Assembly: GCA_013265495.1 (NCBI GenBank)
Contig: MU058844.1
Span: forward strand, 9,196,184 to 9,260,183
Direction of reading: 5' to 3'
DNA: 64,000 nt
Source of the DNA: Vicugna vicugna
Lineage: Eukaryota
In this document: in pieces, positions 27,353 to 40,640 of the stretch
How the letters are laid out: each line of letters opens with the position of its first letter
Position numbering within the stretch: the stretch's first letter is position 1
Made by a program: the position numbers and the translations under genes
The notes under the pieces: generated by a model
Seen by the model: only the letters and a program-made list of their open reading frames with translations
Databases searched by the model: none
Told to the model about the DNA's origin: nothing

Positions 27353-27382
27353 AAAGAATCTGAGGAAGGAAGCTGGGCTCAG
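27353..27382 (+). CDS. PPFIA2: Liprin-alpha-2 30-nt microexon: KESEEGSWAQ
   Basis: tgctgctaacacag| acceptor, CAG|gtagga donor; phase 0-0; matches the liprin-alpha linker as I recall it. Confidence 0.92.
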
Positions 27383-28893
27383 GTAGGAAATTCATATGCT
27401 TTACAACAATATCATTTAGTAGGCTATAAGGATATAAAGTAAGAAAATTATATGTTATAATATTATAAAAATATATATAAGATTAGGCTAATTGTTTATT
27501 GGAATTTCTTGTGTTTAATACTACATAGGTCTTTTAAAGTCACCAAAGATTTTTATTTCATACCTGGCCTCTTTTGAAAGGAAAATTTTCTTTCTCCTTT
27601 AAAAGAATGAACTGTAACTTAAATTTCTTGGAAATCACCCCTAAATATGTTCAATGAGGAATCACTCATGTTGGATATAAGTAAGGGGGAGGGGATATTT
27701 TAAAAAACTTATTTGGAATTGCAGATGCTTTAAAGTATAATGGAAAGTATGTGAGAAATGAGATTGGAGGGACATGGGTTAGCCTTGTGACTACAAATCA
27801 GAAGTCTCTCCTGTTTACTGAGATGGCAGTCTGAACCAAGCGTCTGTACTTTGAACATTTATGTTTGCAAGGAAGCTGTGCATTTTTCAGCATTTCCACA
27901 TGTTGTATAATCAAGGAATGAATGTGTGTTATAGGTAATGTGATTCAAACTTTGACCAGAGAAAAATTTTGATAGTTATTACTAGGACCTACATTTAAAC
28001 ATTTAGTCAATTAGGGTTGCGTTAGATTTTCATTTTTTATAAGAATTTTATCTTTTTTAAGAACACAGAAAATAAAGAGAACACCTCGATTTTCCATTAG
28101 AAATACATGTTATAAGTGTGAATTTGTTGTTTGATAAGGAACAAAATAGAAAACATTATCAGTAGAGAGTAATAGTCCTTTTAAAAAATTGCCTTAGAGT
28201 TGATGGTTGATTTTGGTTTTCATTTTGGCTTTTATGACTAATGTTTGGTAAGATCAGTTGATATTGTTATATTAAAGAATTAGATTATGTCTTTTTGATT
28301 ATGCTCCACTTCTTTAAGTACGGAGTCTATATTGATTGATTCCTAAAAATAAGCTCGATTCCAGTGGTTTTTATGGACTAGTGACTGCATACTTCACTAG
28401 GTAACAACAATGCCCACAGAAAGCTTCACATTCTGTCTCTCTAGCCTTTCTCTGTTCATTTACTGAGGTTTCTATTTTCACATAAAGATTTGCCATTACA
28501 TCACAGCAATGTAATAGTAGCATTGAAGAGAAGGAAATGATGGAGATTAGCTGACAGATAAAAATAAGTTAAATTAAATAAATCTAGCGACACAAAGAAA
28601 AGATCTTTAAGCTCAGCATTTGTATTATACCATTCATTCTAATGTTTTTAATTTAAACAGGCATATTTGTATAAAATGTGACTCCTTTGGAAAATAATGC
28701 AAGTACCATGATACGTGTACCCAGAGTTCCATTCTGTTCCAAAGTAAATCAAATACTTAGAGGCTGAATATGATTTCTGCTTTGTTCCCATGTATCATAG
28801 CAATTAAATACCAGTTGTAACAATAGGCACTATCCTCCAATTACCATCTCATTATATTGGCTAAAAAACTTGACTGCTATAAAACAGTTCTAG

Positions 28894-29087
28894 TGTCCGG
28901 TTTTTCTACAGACCCTGGCATATGGAGATATGAACCACGAGTGGATTGGAAACGAATGGCTTCCCAGCCTGGGGTTACCTCAGTACAGAAGTTATTTTAT
29001 GGAATGCTTGGTAGATGCAAGAATGTTAGATCACCTAACAAAAAAAGATCTCCGTGTCCATTTAAAAATGGTGGATAGTTTCCATCG
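28894..29087 (+). CDS. PPFIA2: Liprin-alpha-2 exon: [64 protein letters not shown](R) (SAM2); alternative in-frame start at 28912
   Basis: ttctag| (28893) or ctacag| (28911) acceptor, CG|gtaggt donor; phase 0 to 2. Confidence 0.95.
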
Positions 29088-29849
29088 GTAGGTTTTTTCC
29101 GAAGAGTGAGTAAAGTGAAACAATAAATATGTATATATATTACTTGAACATAAAGAGATGTTTAAGAAATATAGAAAATGTGCTCTTCAAAACATCTGTG
29201 TACATCTACTTGGCAAAGTATTTTTATGCAGCAAATTACAGGGATTATCTAATGTAGAGCTGGGTGCATATTACATTCCCAAAGTTTGTGGAGCTATGTA
29301 GTACAAAATTCTCATACAACATAAATCTTTTTCCCTCCCTGGATCTTTAGGAAATTTCATGTTTGTGATTTGTATCTGTGTATGTTTTATATTAGAAAAT
29401 TGTTTATTAAGAATAAATTAGTTCAATTTCAATTCCATAAATATATGTGGTTATAAGTTATATAATAGGGCTATACAAGAAAAAATTTTGAGAAGAAATT
29501 CTCTGAAGAACATTTTTGTTTTTGTATAAATCTTTTAATGTTTTTGCTTATTTGTACATTAATTTGGGGGAGAAAGTACTGAATGGGTTATGAGGCAATG
29601 GTAAGAACACAGATGAATAAAATGCAAATAAAAATTCTTTTTTCAAATTATTTATCATCTAAGGCATAAAAAAGGCTTGTTATAATGTCATAATGTTACA
29701 TTGTAGCCTAATATTTTTATAATTTTTGTGCAAAATTATCAGCTGGACTATGATTATTTCATGCATAGTTGATTAATGTAATAAATTAATAAATATAAGT
29801 CTAGACAGTTTTGGCTTGGGAAACTGTTTGCTCACATCCTGTCCAATAT

Positions 29850-30510
29850 TTAATTATTGATTGAAATGAAAATAGTATAAAAATCATATATGTTGATGAC
29901 ATAAAGTTAGGACAGAGAGATGATAATTGAGATTCTTCAGTCAACTTTATCAAGATATTTTGAATCTTAATACAATTGTTGACACTGTTGGATTAAATTT
30001 AGTAGAGCTAAGTATAACATAGTTTTTAAAAACCATTAAAATGCTGGATGGGAGGTCCATGATTTAAAAGCAGTTCAAGTGAAAAAGATAAGTGATTTAT
30101 AGTAGACACAAAAATCTCAGTTCTAGTTAATAACAGGACATATTTAGATAGTGTTTATTGGTAGGCACAATAAAAGTCCTACCATGTAGCAAGATGACAA
30201 TAAGAAACTATTAATTTATGGATGTTAAACTTTCATTGATGAAGTAGGAAAAGTCTTGGGGGAAGTTTGAAAAAAATTTAAAGAAATTTAGCTTGGGCAA
30301 GGGAAGACTTTAGATAAATTTTCTTGTGTTTTAATATCATTAGGTGATAGAATAATAATATTTGCTCTGATGAACATGTATTTTTCTAGTTCAAATAGTT
30401 GTAGACACTAGGGTGCGTGTTTTATGTTCAATAGGAAAAGCAGCTTTGTATCACTCTCAATTAGTCTCTACTTTATGCATTGTAAAGTAGTGAGTTTCCA
30501 GTCACTGAAC
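29850..30510 (+). mobile_element. CR1/L3-like LINE remnant
   Basis: weak resemblance to CR1 RT and 3' region. Confidence 0.35.
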
Positions 30511-30974
30511 ATTTAGGCTCTCAGATTTTGTGTGGTTGTATTGGACTTTTGAATACTAGAATTTTTGATGACACAACTGTGCCTGTTTTCCTTTCTTCAC
30601 TAGATTAACTTTTAATTGCTTTATTATTATAGTGGAAATGGTTAATCCAGTGATCAAGCTTATTTTTGAAAAAATTAAAGTTACTCTAATGGCAGAGTTC
30701 TTTTTTGTTCTGGGAAATACACAAGCTTCATCTTTATGCTCTGCTTCGATCTGACTTAAAGCAGGTAGTACCCAACTGCGTACTATATCCCATTGTCTTT
30801 ACAGCTTAGTTTTTCTTCTCGCAGACATGGTTGTAGTAGTATATATCCTCTTTATAGCACAATTTTATATTACATATAAAAACTTGGCAGAAATTAGGCA
30901 AGAGCCGGTGATTTAAGCTCAGGCTGGTTAATGTCTATGATGGTTTTTACATCAATATTATCTGATACCCCACT

Positions 30975-31363
30975 GAATTAGTTTGCTCGGGCTAGGATAA
31001 CAAAATACCACAGATGGGTGGTTTAAAGAACAGAAATGTATTTTCTGACAGTTCTAGAATCTAGAAAAAAGACCAAGTTGTCAGCATTATTGGTTTCTTC
31101 TCATTGGCTTGCAGATAGCTGCCTTTTCTCTGTGTCCTCACATGGTCTTTCTTGTGTGTGCCCTTCTTTGGCTTCTCTGTGTGTCCAGATTTCCTCTTCT
31201 TGTAAGGACAGCAGTCACACTGGATTAAAGCCTATCCTGATGACCTTATTTTAACTTAATTACCTTCCTTAAGAGCCAGTCTCCAATTACAGTCACATTC
31301 TGATGTACAGGGGATTAAGGCTTCAACATAAGAATTTGAGGGAACACGATTTAGCCCATAACA
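30975..31363. mobile_element. MaLR solo LTR (MLT1A-D-like)
   Basis: ttagtttgctcgggct...aacaaaataccacaga...ggcttcaacataagaattt...ttagcccataaca. Confidence 0.85.
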
Positions 31364-32631
31364 GCAATGAATGCAGAATTCTTTCCATTTCCCTCTGATT
31401 CTGAAATATTTGAATTCAGTATTGTTCCTATTAAAATGCAGGGCTTAGAAATGCATCCCGCACTTAAGGGTAGCCTGACCAGTGTCTATATTTATAATTC
31501 TAAACATTTAATAAATCACTAATAATCAATGTTCTTGACTCTTGAAGCCTAGAGATTCTTTTTTTCCTATTACAATCTTCCACATCCTTTATATGTAATA
31601 TCAACACTAAGGCTTTTTTATTCTCTCTGTACATCTCTGTTTTCTGGATTTTCTTTTCACACTTTTTTTGGTCCTTATTATAATCCTTTTTTGACAGCGT
31701 TTATTCCTTAACCAATTTCCATGTCCCCTAGAATTACCTATTTTCCCCAACTCCTATTTTGCTTCCAGATTATTCTTGCTTTAACGAAAACCTTTTATTG
31801 TTCTTTTTTTCTCCCGTGAAAATTGTCCAATAATTTTCTATCTTCTTGACATACTGCACACTTACTCTGAATGCAAACTTTCCTTAATGTGACCCCATTC
31901 TCCATATGAAATCATATTCCTCCTTACTTCCCAGTATGGATTTCCAACTCTGGACAGTGGGTGTCTCTATTACCACACGTTTAACATTCCATCAGCAATC
32001 CTATGTTCATGGTGCTCCATATCCTTTAATAAACGTTTCTCTGCCTGATCCTTTAAGGACCAGTCGATTTTCTGCTCTTCCACAATATCCCTTCCACACG
32101 GAGTTTCAGCGTCTGCTGACTTGCTCCTTTCACATACTTCTGTGCCACTTATAGTTGGTGGCTGTTCATTTTAATATTTGGTTCTGTATGATGTTACTTA
32201 ACTTATTCATGTCTTTATATTATTTTTCTCATCAGCTCTAAAGGAGAGTATCTATTTCTTATAAATTCTTTCTTATCCCCATAATAGTGACTCCTTAATT
32301 TTTTTTCAAATGAGTACAATGTTCACTTGTCTTCAAATAATGTCAAAATAGCCTAATGGAAGACAAAGACATATGGATGAACAACATGATCCAAGATTAT
32401 TTTTAAGACTGTGGTTTTCTTATTTTGAAAATATATGTATATATATTTTACTCTTTAGAAAGATTGTATGCTTAGAATAACTATAATCGTTATTTCCCTC
32501 CAATACTAAAGGATTTGACTACAAATGTAATTTATTAACCTGCTGCCCGAAGAAGTAGTGCATAGTGTTGACTCTGTTTAATCATCTACTGAGTAAACTC
32601 AATGTGTTCTCTTCTTTTTTTTTTATAACAG

Positions 32632-32729
32632 AACAAGTTTACAGTATGGAATTATGTGCTTAAAAAGGTTGAATTATGACAGAAAAGAACTAGAAAGAAG
32701 ACGAGAAGCAAGCCAACATGAAATAAAAG
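32632..32729 (+). CDS. PPFIA2: Liprin-alpha-2 exon: (R)[32 protein letters not shown](D)
   Basis: poly-T tract and taacag| acceptor, AAG|gtaata donor; 98 nt, phase 2 to 1. Confidence 0.96.
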
Positions 32730-35210
32730 GTAATATGTCTTTCATATCAACTGCCTTCTTTTCTGGGGTTTTTAGTTTTCACTTTCATGAACCTAAAATA
32801 CTGTGTGTGTCACAACTGTCACTAAGTAAACGTAAGTATTCAGCTAGCATAGTGTCATTATTTCTTTCTCATTACTTTTTTGATTAAAACTTGGAAAAGG
32901 GTATTGCCAGTTTATAAGATGAATATTCCACTTGAGGCATATTCTTGATTTTCTGAATTGACGTTTATTCCTCTGAACCTATTAATTATACATTCTGTTT
33001 ATCCTAAAGATGCCTCCACGTAGCTATTTTTGTCAAACTTTTAATAGAATATTCTCATTTTGACTCAGAGAAACATGGCATAAAATTTATTTATAGCAGT
33101 CCTTCTTCAGTTTATATCATTTGAATTTTATTTCAGTGCCCAGAAATTTTATTTTTGTAATATAGTTATAGAAATTACACAGGGATTTTATATAGATATT
33201 ACATAGGAATTTTCCCCCTGTAAATGAGAATAGCCCACTACTAATTTTAGCTAGGAATGATTTCAGCAGCTTTGCTAACTGCTGCAACTGTCGTTTGTAC
33301 AAAAATGTTTGATTTGATTGATAAGAAAAGACTCTACTACAGACTTATTAGAAAAGGACTGTATTTAATAATTAACCCTCTAAATGTTGAGAAATACCTT
33401 AATATACAGGGGAAAGAATTGTTTAAAAGGAACAATATGTTAAATCCTATACTTGTTAAGAGACCACTTTATTTTTCTTACTGTTGTCATTGAAGGAAAA
33501 TTTAATTGTTCAGTGTAGGTATCTGCAGGACTTCTTTCAATAAAAATTATGAATCCTTTTACGTTCCTTTAAACTTTTTAATAGAAAAAGGGCTCACATT
33601 TTTTAAGGAAAATTTTGCACACAAACAAAACAAACTCTTTGTAAGTTCTGTTTCTGTTTGCTACTACCCAGGAGCTGATATACAGAAGCATTTCATCAAC
33701 CAAAACAAATGTTTGTACATTAATCGTTCAAAGTTAGTCTCTTTGTTTCATCTTCATTTCCTTTAGGGCTTACTTTATATATAAAAATAGTATATATTAC
33801 ATGCTACCTTTCCTTCCTGTATTAAAGTTTAGCAGTGTTTTATTCTTTACGTAGATCACCTATCTTAGACTTCTTTAATTTTCACTTGTGATAAACATTG
33901 TTAGAAATAACTTTTATCTTTGGTAGTTCTTGGCCAGTAGATGAGTTATAGTGGCATGGATTTGAATGCCTGTGAAGGTGATTGATTAAAAATATTTTTC
34001 TATATATGGCTCATTGGAGAGTAGACAGTTGCACAATGGATTTTTTTCTAATACTTCATTTGACTCATTACTTCGGAGCCAGAAAGTGTTCTTCCATCAT
34101 CAAAATTGAGTTGTTTGATTTCACTTTATTTTGGGGACCCAGGAAATTGCAAGTTGTTTTCAGACCACTGTTATTCAGTTGAATTGAAATTTGGCCAAAG
34201 ACAGACCCCAAAAGGAAGTCTGTGCTGGATCTAACAAAAGATACTGTAGCACATAAATAGATTTTATCCATGTGATAACCCCTTTGTCGTTTTCTTTTTG
34301 AAGTGTTTTTTGAATTAGATTTTATTGTGCTTGGTCTCACCACATGGAATGCTTCATACATAGAGAGATGAAAAGGAGAGAAATTACCCATTTGGCACTA
34401 CGTCAAATATTATATTAGTATTTGGCAGTTGCTAGTTGGAATGCAGCTCTGAGAAACCTACCAGATTCACTGTGGTTATACGCAGACAACTCCATGTGTT
34501 ACGTAGCTCGAGTGAGATCATAAATAGCCCGTTTCCTATAACAGACCTGATGACATTAACAGGAATAACTCTTGGCTGTGACTAGGGGTCTCTGTTATTA
34601 TCTGAAGTGTTAATTAAGCTTGACCTTAATAAACAACTTCCTGCTGTGAGGAGACATGTGAATATCAAGAGTCTACAAGCATTTAATTTGTTGCTAGGAA
34701 ACAGTCAACACTGATCTTTAGCCATTTATTGTTTAGGTCAAGAGGATCCCTACAGAGCTTTAAAGTTAGGGCATAAATTTTGCTTGGAAACAGATTATAG
34801 AAAGGGATCAGCTTTACAAAGTGAAAAAAAAAAAACCTGTGTTGTTCTAAAGAAGAAATTTGGGATTAGTGTCTTATATACTTCACTTTGTAAATAAATG
34901 TATTACTGTTTTTCTTTTGTTTTACAAATAACTACTGGTGAGGCAATGGAATTTTTGATAGACAAATATTTACAGAAATGTGGTGACTACATAATGTATC
35001 ATAGGCTATCAAAATACAGATACAGATTTCCAGCTCTAGAAAAAAGCAGATACTTCCTATTTACAAATCCATTTAGCATAAAGAAAACTGGACAGTTTTA
35101 TTGAACTATTGTCCCATTAGCTTTTAAAAAATATTGCATTTTGTACAAATAATTGGAGAACTGTTACTATCAGCCAAACATAGTTACCCAACTTTTGAAG
35201 TGTGTGGTAA

Positions 35211-35244
35211 AACCAGTAGTTAGAACTAACCAGTAGTTAGAACT
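35211..35244. repeat. Tandem duplication, 2 x 17 bp
   Basis: AACCAGTAGTTAGAACT twice, exact. Confidence 0.92.
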
Positions 35245-36437
35245 AATCAGCAGCTACTTAATATAACCAAAATACAATACTAATTGACTTACATCCTATT
35301 TTCTGAGGTCTAACACCTCAGTGGGACAAGCTAATGAAAACTCAGAGCAAGATATCTACTTTAAACTGACCCAGGGAGACCCACTAAATACATATAATAT
35401 ACAATTTCCATACATAGTAAAGGTCCTTTGCTTTGCTGAAGACCTGGAGAACAAAAGAGCCAAAACTCTGAGGGAGACAGTAAACACCCTACTTCCTGAA
35501 GAAATTCATTCTGCTTTGGCTGGAGCAGGATCCAGTGATATGACCAAGGGAGATGGGCATTTTGAGTCTTTCTTCACATTTCTCATGAACTAAATCCAAA
35601 GAAAGACCTAGAGCCTTTCTTTGAAGTAAGATTGTTCAAGCCACAACAGGAGTTAAGTAGGGAGCTGTGAAGTAGATGTGGCTTCCAGATTCATATACAA
35701 ATGCTTTACCATCGCAGTGGATGGGCAGAGATGAAAAAGAGCACAGACTACTCTGAGGAATGTCTACTTCTGACTGTAATGGAATACATTAAATCAGACG
35801 AGTCTTCAACCAAGAACAAATGGAAAAGCTAGGTAAATCAGTAAGCAGCTGTTTGATGGCTGTAGAAAGCAACTGAGACACCGAGGCCTTGAGAGGCCAT
35901 GGTCCTGGGGTAAAGAGAAACATGTTGAGAGGTGAGCCTGGTATTCTCTACTGCTTGTCCCTGTTTTACAGAGCAGGGTAGGGAAAAATTGTAATTTAGA
36001 GGTGCCAAAGCTGCCAAGGCCTTGAACCAAAATCCTGGAGAAGAGGGAAATAAATAAGCCTGGCATTCCAAGTGACAGGTCACCTGAAAACATCTGGCCT
36101 GACGCAGGAAGAGAAGCAAAAGGATGAGTGATACAAAACAGACCGTTAGAGACATTGGACATAACAAGGAGTCTAGTTTAGGTGTAATTTCCATGCCTAG
36201 GAATTCCAAAAAGAGAGGTAAGAGAGAAAGAGGAAGAAGCCAATAGTTGAAAAGATACTGGTGGAGATTTATGGGAAAAAAACGAATGGAAACAAGAAGC
36301 CACAGGTTCAAGATACTTTATGAATGCCAAGTAAGATTCAGAAGAAAAGGGCTGGGGGAACCCATCTAGATACAGTGAAGCTGCTAAAAACCATGACAAA
36401 AATAAGACAAAATAAATAAACAACAAAAAAATTTAGA

Positions 36438-36562
36438 AATGAATATATATATGTTCATGCATAACTGAAAAATTGTGCTCTACAACGGAATTTGACACAA
36501 CATTGTAAAATGATTATAAAACAATAAAAGATGTTTTAAAAAAAGTAAAAAATAAAAAAAAA
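36438..36562 (+). mobile_element. Young 5'-truncated L1 3' end with poly-A tail
   Basis: atatgttcatgcataactgaaaaattgtgctctaca...gacacaacattgtaaaatgattata, AATAAA, A-tail; flanks aaaatttagaa / aaaattagaa. Confidence 0.75.
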
Positions 36563-37265
36563 ATTAGAATCTTCCAGAGCAGGCACCACATTTATTTCAG
36601 ATGTTCAGGAGAGCTGACTCCACAACTTAACGCCAGAGGAAAACGGAATGATATTCTTAAAATGCTGATTGAAACTGACTTTCCACCTAAAAATCTATAA
36701 CTATATGTCCATTTAATATTAAAGACAGAACTAATATATCGAGTGTCTGTTCTATCTTACTGTTGTTTTCTGACTTATGCTTCAGGTGTAAGCAGTTTCT
36801 CCTAGTCTATATGCAATACTTAGGGAGTAGTTTAAAAACACTCTGATGAAGAACCAGGTTAGATTCTCAGTTTGCTGTCCTAACTGAAGAGCTGTGTATC
36901 AAGACACAAATAAGAAATGTCCCCATCTAGGGGTAAAAACCTTAAATGTCAGCCAGACCCCTCAAGCTCTAGAATGGAAACAAGAAACATTTTAAGCCAT
37001 TATGTTCCATGTGATGGAAATGCTCTCATTTCAGTGATTACAAACACAATTTTAAAATGACAACTTCCTTCTGGGCTAAAAGTAGAAAAGATTTGTTATT
37101 AGAATAGTAAATGCATGTAACACAAGGGGGCCAAGTGCGTTAGGAAGTGGATGAAGAAGTCAGCATAAATACTGGCCTGACCAGACACCTGTGGTTCATT
37201 TCAGCCAGTAGTTTTGTTTCCTATGCAAAATACTGCAGCCTAAAATGATGCACATTTTTTCCTAG

Positions 37266-37441
37266 ATGTGTTGGTTTGGAGCAATGATCGAGTTATTCGC
37301 TGGATACAAGCAATTGGACTTCGAGAATATGCGAATAATATTCTTGAAAGTGGTGTGCATGGCTCCCTTATAGCACTGGATGAGAACTTTGACTACAGCA
37401 GCTTAGCTTTATTACTGCAAATTCCAACACAGAACACCCAG
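37266..37441 (+). CDS. PPFIA2: Liprin-alpha-2 exon: (D)[58 protein letters not shown] (SAM3)
   Basis: tcctag| acceptor; donor CAG|gcaagc (GC type); 176 nt, phase 1 to 0. Confidence 0.95.
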
Positions 37442-37799
37442 GCAAGCCTCTCTGTTCTGCAGTTGCACTGTGTCCTAGTTTATATAAAGACAGAGTAAAC
37501 TTTTAGGGAAAAAAAGAAAGTTGGCTGTGTATTCACGATTCCTAATGGGACTTAGCTCAACCTTTGAAAGAGGTCACTGGGGCTTTAACTTCAAGCTACT
37601 GGATTTCTAGCCAAAACAAAAGCATAAAATTAAGCAAAAAGGGGTTTAGAAGTTATGTGGTCCAGCCTCCCACCTGAAGGCCAGATTCCCCAAAACAATG
37701 TCCCTGACAGATGGCCTTTAGTCTCTGTGTCTCCGAGGGGCAGTCATTTCTATTTATGTGTCTGAATTATACAGCCACTGAGCTTTGGGTATGCCGTTG

Positions 37800-37970
37800 A
37801 TTCCCAAGGCTGGATAATTATTTGAATCACTGGAGTTCCTTAGAATTTAAAATAAAGCTTGCAGTCTACATCACAGGCCCAAGAAATCAGGTATCGAGAG
37901 GACACACGAATCTTAATTAGCTGCAGTTTTTCCAAATGATGATCATTGGCCAGGTTTGAGAACTACCTGC
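37800..37970. mobile_element. MER5-like hAT (Charlie) element
   Basis: ttcccaagg...gaatcactggag...ccaggtttgagaactac. Confidence 0.55.
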
Positions 37971-38321
37971 ATAGACTTGATACAAAAGTGAGTCTAACTT
38001 TATTTTTATTTTGTTTTTATATGGTTCAAAGTATATATTAAAATATTTCATTGGAATAAAGTAACAAAGTGAGGTCAAAGCCCCTTGACCTCAGTCATTT
38101 ATGTGAGGCAATTTCTCCACTGTCCATAGACTAAAGAAAATTGCCCTACCTTGTATTTATAGCTAAAATTTACAACGGCTTATAGACATGGAGGATGAAA
38201 AAATTAAGACTCCATAAATAAAACAGGGTACTGGAATGTTTTCTAGGGTAACTATATTCTGTATGATTTTTTAAATCAAAATGTGATTTCATTGATAGTA
38301 ACTGTAATTTGATGTCAACAG

Positions 38322-38390
38322 GCAAGGCAGATTCTTGAAAGGGAATACAATAACCTGTTGGCTCTGGGAACTGAACGGCGACTGGATGAA
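38322..38390 (+). CDS. PPFIA2: Liprin-alpha-2 exon: ARQILEREYNNLLALGTERRLDE
   Basis: caacag| acceptor, GAA|gtaagt donor; 69 nt, phase 0-0. Confidence 0.95.
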
Positions 38391-40618
38391 GTAAGTCCTT
38401 ATCTCTCATTCAAAAGGGATCTTAGTACAACTAATATGGCTTTCAATCACTAGTGCTGAGAAGTTAAGCAGAGACTTATTCTGTGGATAAAATCTAGAAT
38501 GTTCCCCAGTATTAAATATTTAATTTTATTACTCATTTGATTTGAGAACGAACTTTATGAATTCATAAATATTATATCAGCAGTTAAAAACCTTAAGAAG
38601 TAATTTGAAATGAGACTTTTTTCATGAAGCTATGACAGCAAAATAATATTGAGCAACATTTTTTTAAATTATAAGCAATGATAAAACTAGTCTTGATAAA
38701 TCCAACTTTTTAATAAAGAATGTGCTTGTTTCTTAAATAATCAGTGTGTCTTCGCAGGAAATCTTAGGATATTAAAATGAAGAGAAAAACCTTCTTTCAA
38801 TAAATGGGAAGCTTTTCATTATTTTAGATATCAATATTGAATTTGCCTTAAAAATATATGAATAACATTTTAATAGTCATAGGCTTTGAAAGCTGTAAGA
38901 ATCTCTAAACATAATATATGCATGTTTAAATGATTTGGAAAATAGTAAACATGCAGGTAAGTAAGTAAACAGAGGGCGTTAGTGCATTCTGTGCCTTGAG
39001 AAACACTGTGGATTTTAATAGTCCTGAGGTTTTCAAGGGTCTTTCTGGAAGAAATGGGAAGAAAACCAGAGTATGAAGTGGAAAATACAGAGATGCATAA
39101 TTCTGTGTTGCATAATGAGGTGTTTCCTGGCTATAAAGAAAAGCGAATTAAAATAGTTCTGTGAATGAACCCAACAAATCCTAAAATGAGACAATAATTC
39201 CACATTCAGATGGGCAGGGCAGAGAAGCTTAGTTTTACAAAACTCAAGCTGTCCTTGGTGGAGGAGGTGATTTTATAGACAAATATGCTCTGCAGTCTTG
39301 ACCTCAGCTAACTTCCTGTAAATGCTTATTCCTGTCCAATCAGGATAATGATTCATGTTTTAAAATTAATGTTTAACTGATTTTAATTTTATATCTTGTT
39401 TGATAATCTTTTGAATCCTTATTCTTAATTGTTGAATCAAAAAGATAGTCTGCATAAACCCATACAGACTTTTAAATACAATTACTCTCCTAACTTAAAA
39501 GTTGGAAAAGGAATTTTAATAAAAATGATTAAAGATCTGTCATATTGCTACATTCTAAAATGCTGACTGACCTGAAGTAGAGGTCCGGGTAGAGATGCAA
39601 GTCCATGTGGGTTACAGTGTTGCTTCCTGGAAGTAATGAACGAGCAGAAAGGTCTAAACAGAATGTGACTTTCTGTCTTTTTCTTATAATTAGAAACAGC
39701 ACATGATTTCATCATTCAAAACCTCTAGTCTCTTTTGTCTTAGTTTTTTGCTTGTTGCATTGTTTTTGCTTTTACTTTTTGAGTGTGAACAAAAACAGCC
39801 AAACATCTTGCCTAGAGCCAGAGGAGACTTGTTTCTGGGGTTGATCACATTCAGGTTCCACTGAAATAATTTGAGATGTGCTCAGGTGCTTCTGCAGACT
39901 CATCTGAGAGGATATCCTTAGATGCAAGGGTGTCTTTTAACCTCATCTCATCGAAACCTTTTCCTGTGATGTTGTTGCTTATTGTTCCTTTTTGCTGCAA
40001 CATTATGTTGAAAGAGCATAAGTTAAGGAATCACGATTTAAATTCTCAAATTACTGGCATTTTTTGGAGCCCTTAACTCACACATTCTGAGAGTTACACA
40101 TTTCTACAACGTACTGTAGTGTTTTGTAGTACTGAAGAATATTTATGTTCATGCAGCAACTTCTCCCAGATGAAAGAAGTCAGGGAAGCCACAGCTGTGA
40201 AATTCTGCTCCCTTTTTCCATTTGTACCCAGGTGAGAGGTCCAGGGCAATGCAAAACTCAGCAGTTGAGAAGAGGTGCAGCAGAAATCTCAAAACTATAA
40301 AATGGCTACCACATCTAAACAAAATTTGTAGATTGATAATAAGGATACTAAAAGAAACTGGTAGATAAATGTAATCACATTAATGATTTTATTTTTCCCA
40401 GCTTGACCTTGCCTGTTACTTAATCAAATTAGTAGCCTATGATGATGAATACCTTACAGTGTTACTTATATATAACAGTGATAATGTTGGCTGAATATCT
40501 ATAGTCCATATGCCAAAATGATGTCACCTGAGCTAGCAGGGTCAACCACGCATACTTAGCTGTGCCTTTAGGGAACTGACAGTCCTATTATGAGATACTG
40601 GTATAAGAAGGTAAAATC

Positions 40619-40640
40619 TATGTATGTATGTATGTATGTA
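40619..40640. repeat. (TATG)n microsatellite
   Basis: tatgtatgtatgtatgtatgta. Confidence 0.85.

Noticed and set aside
35806..36426. Three overlapping minus-strand ORFs (up to 157 aa)
   Set aside because: Antisense reading of purine-rich, probably repeat-derived DNA; no recognisable domain or splice structure
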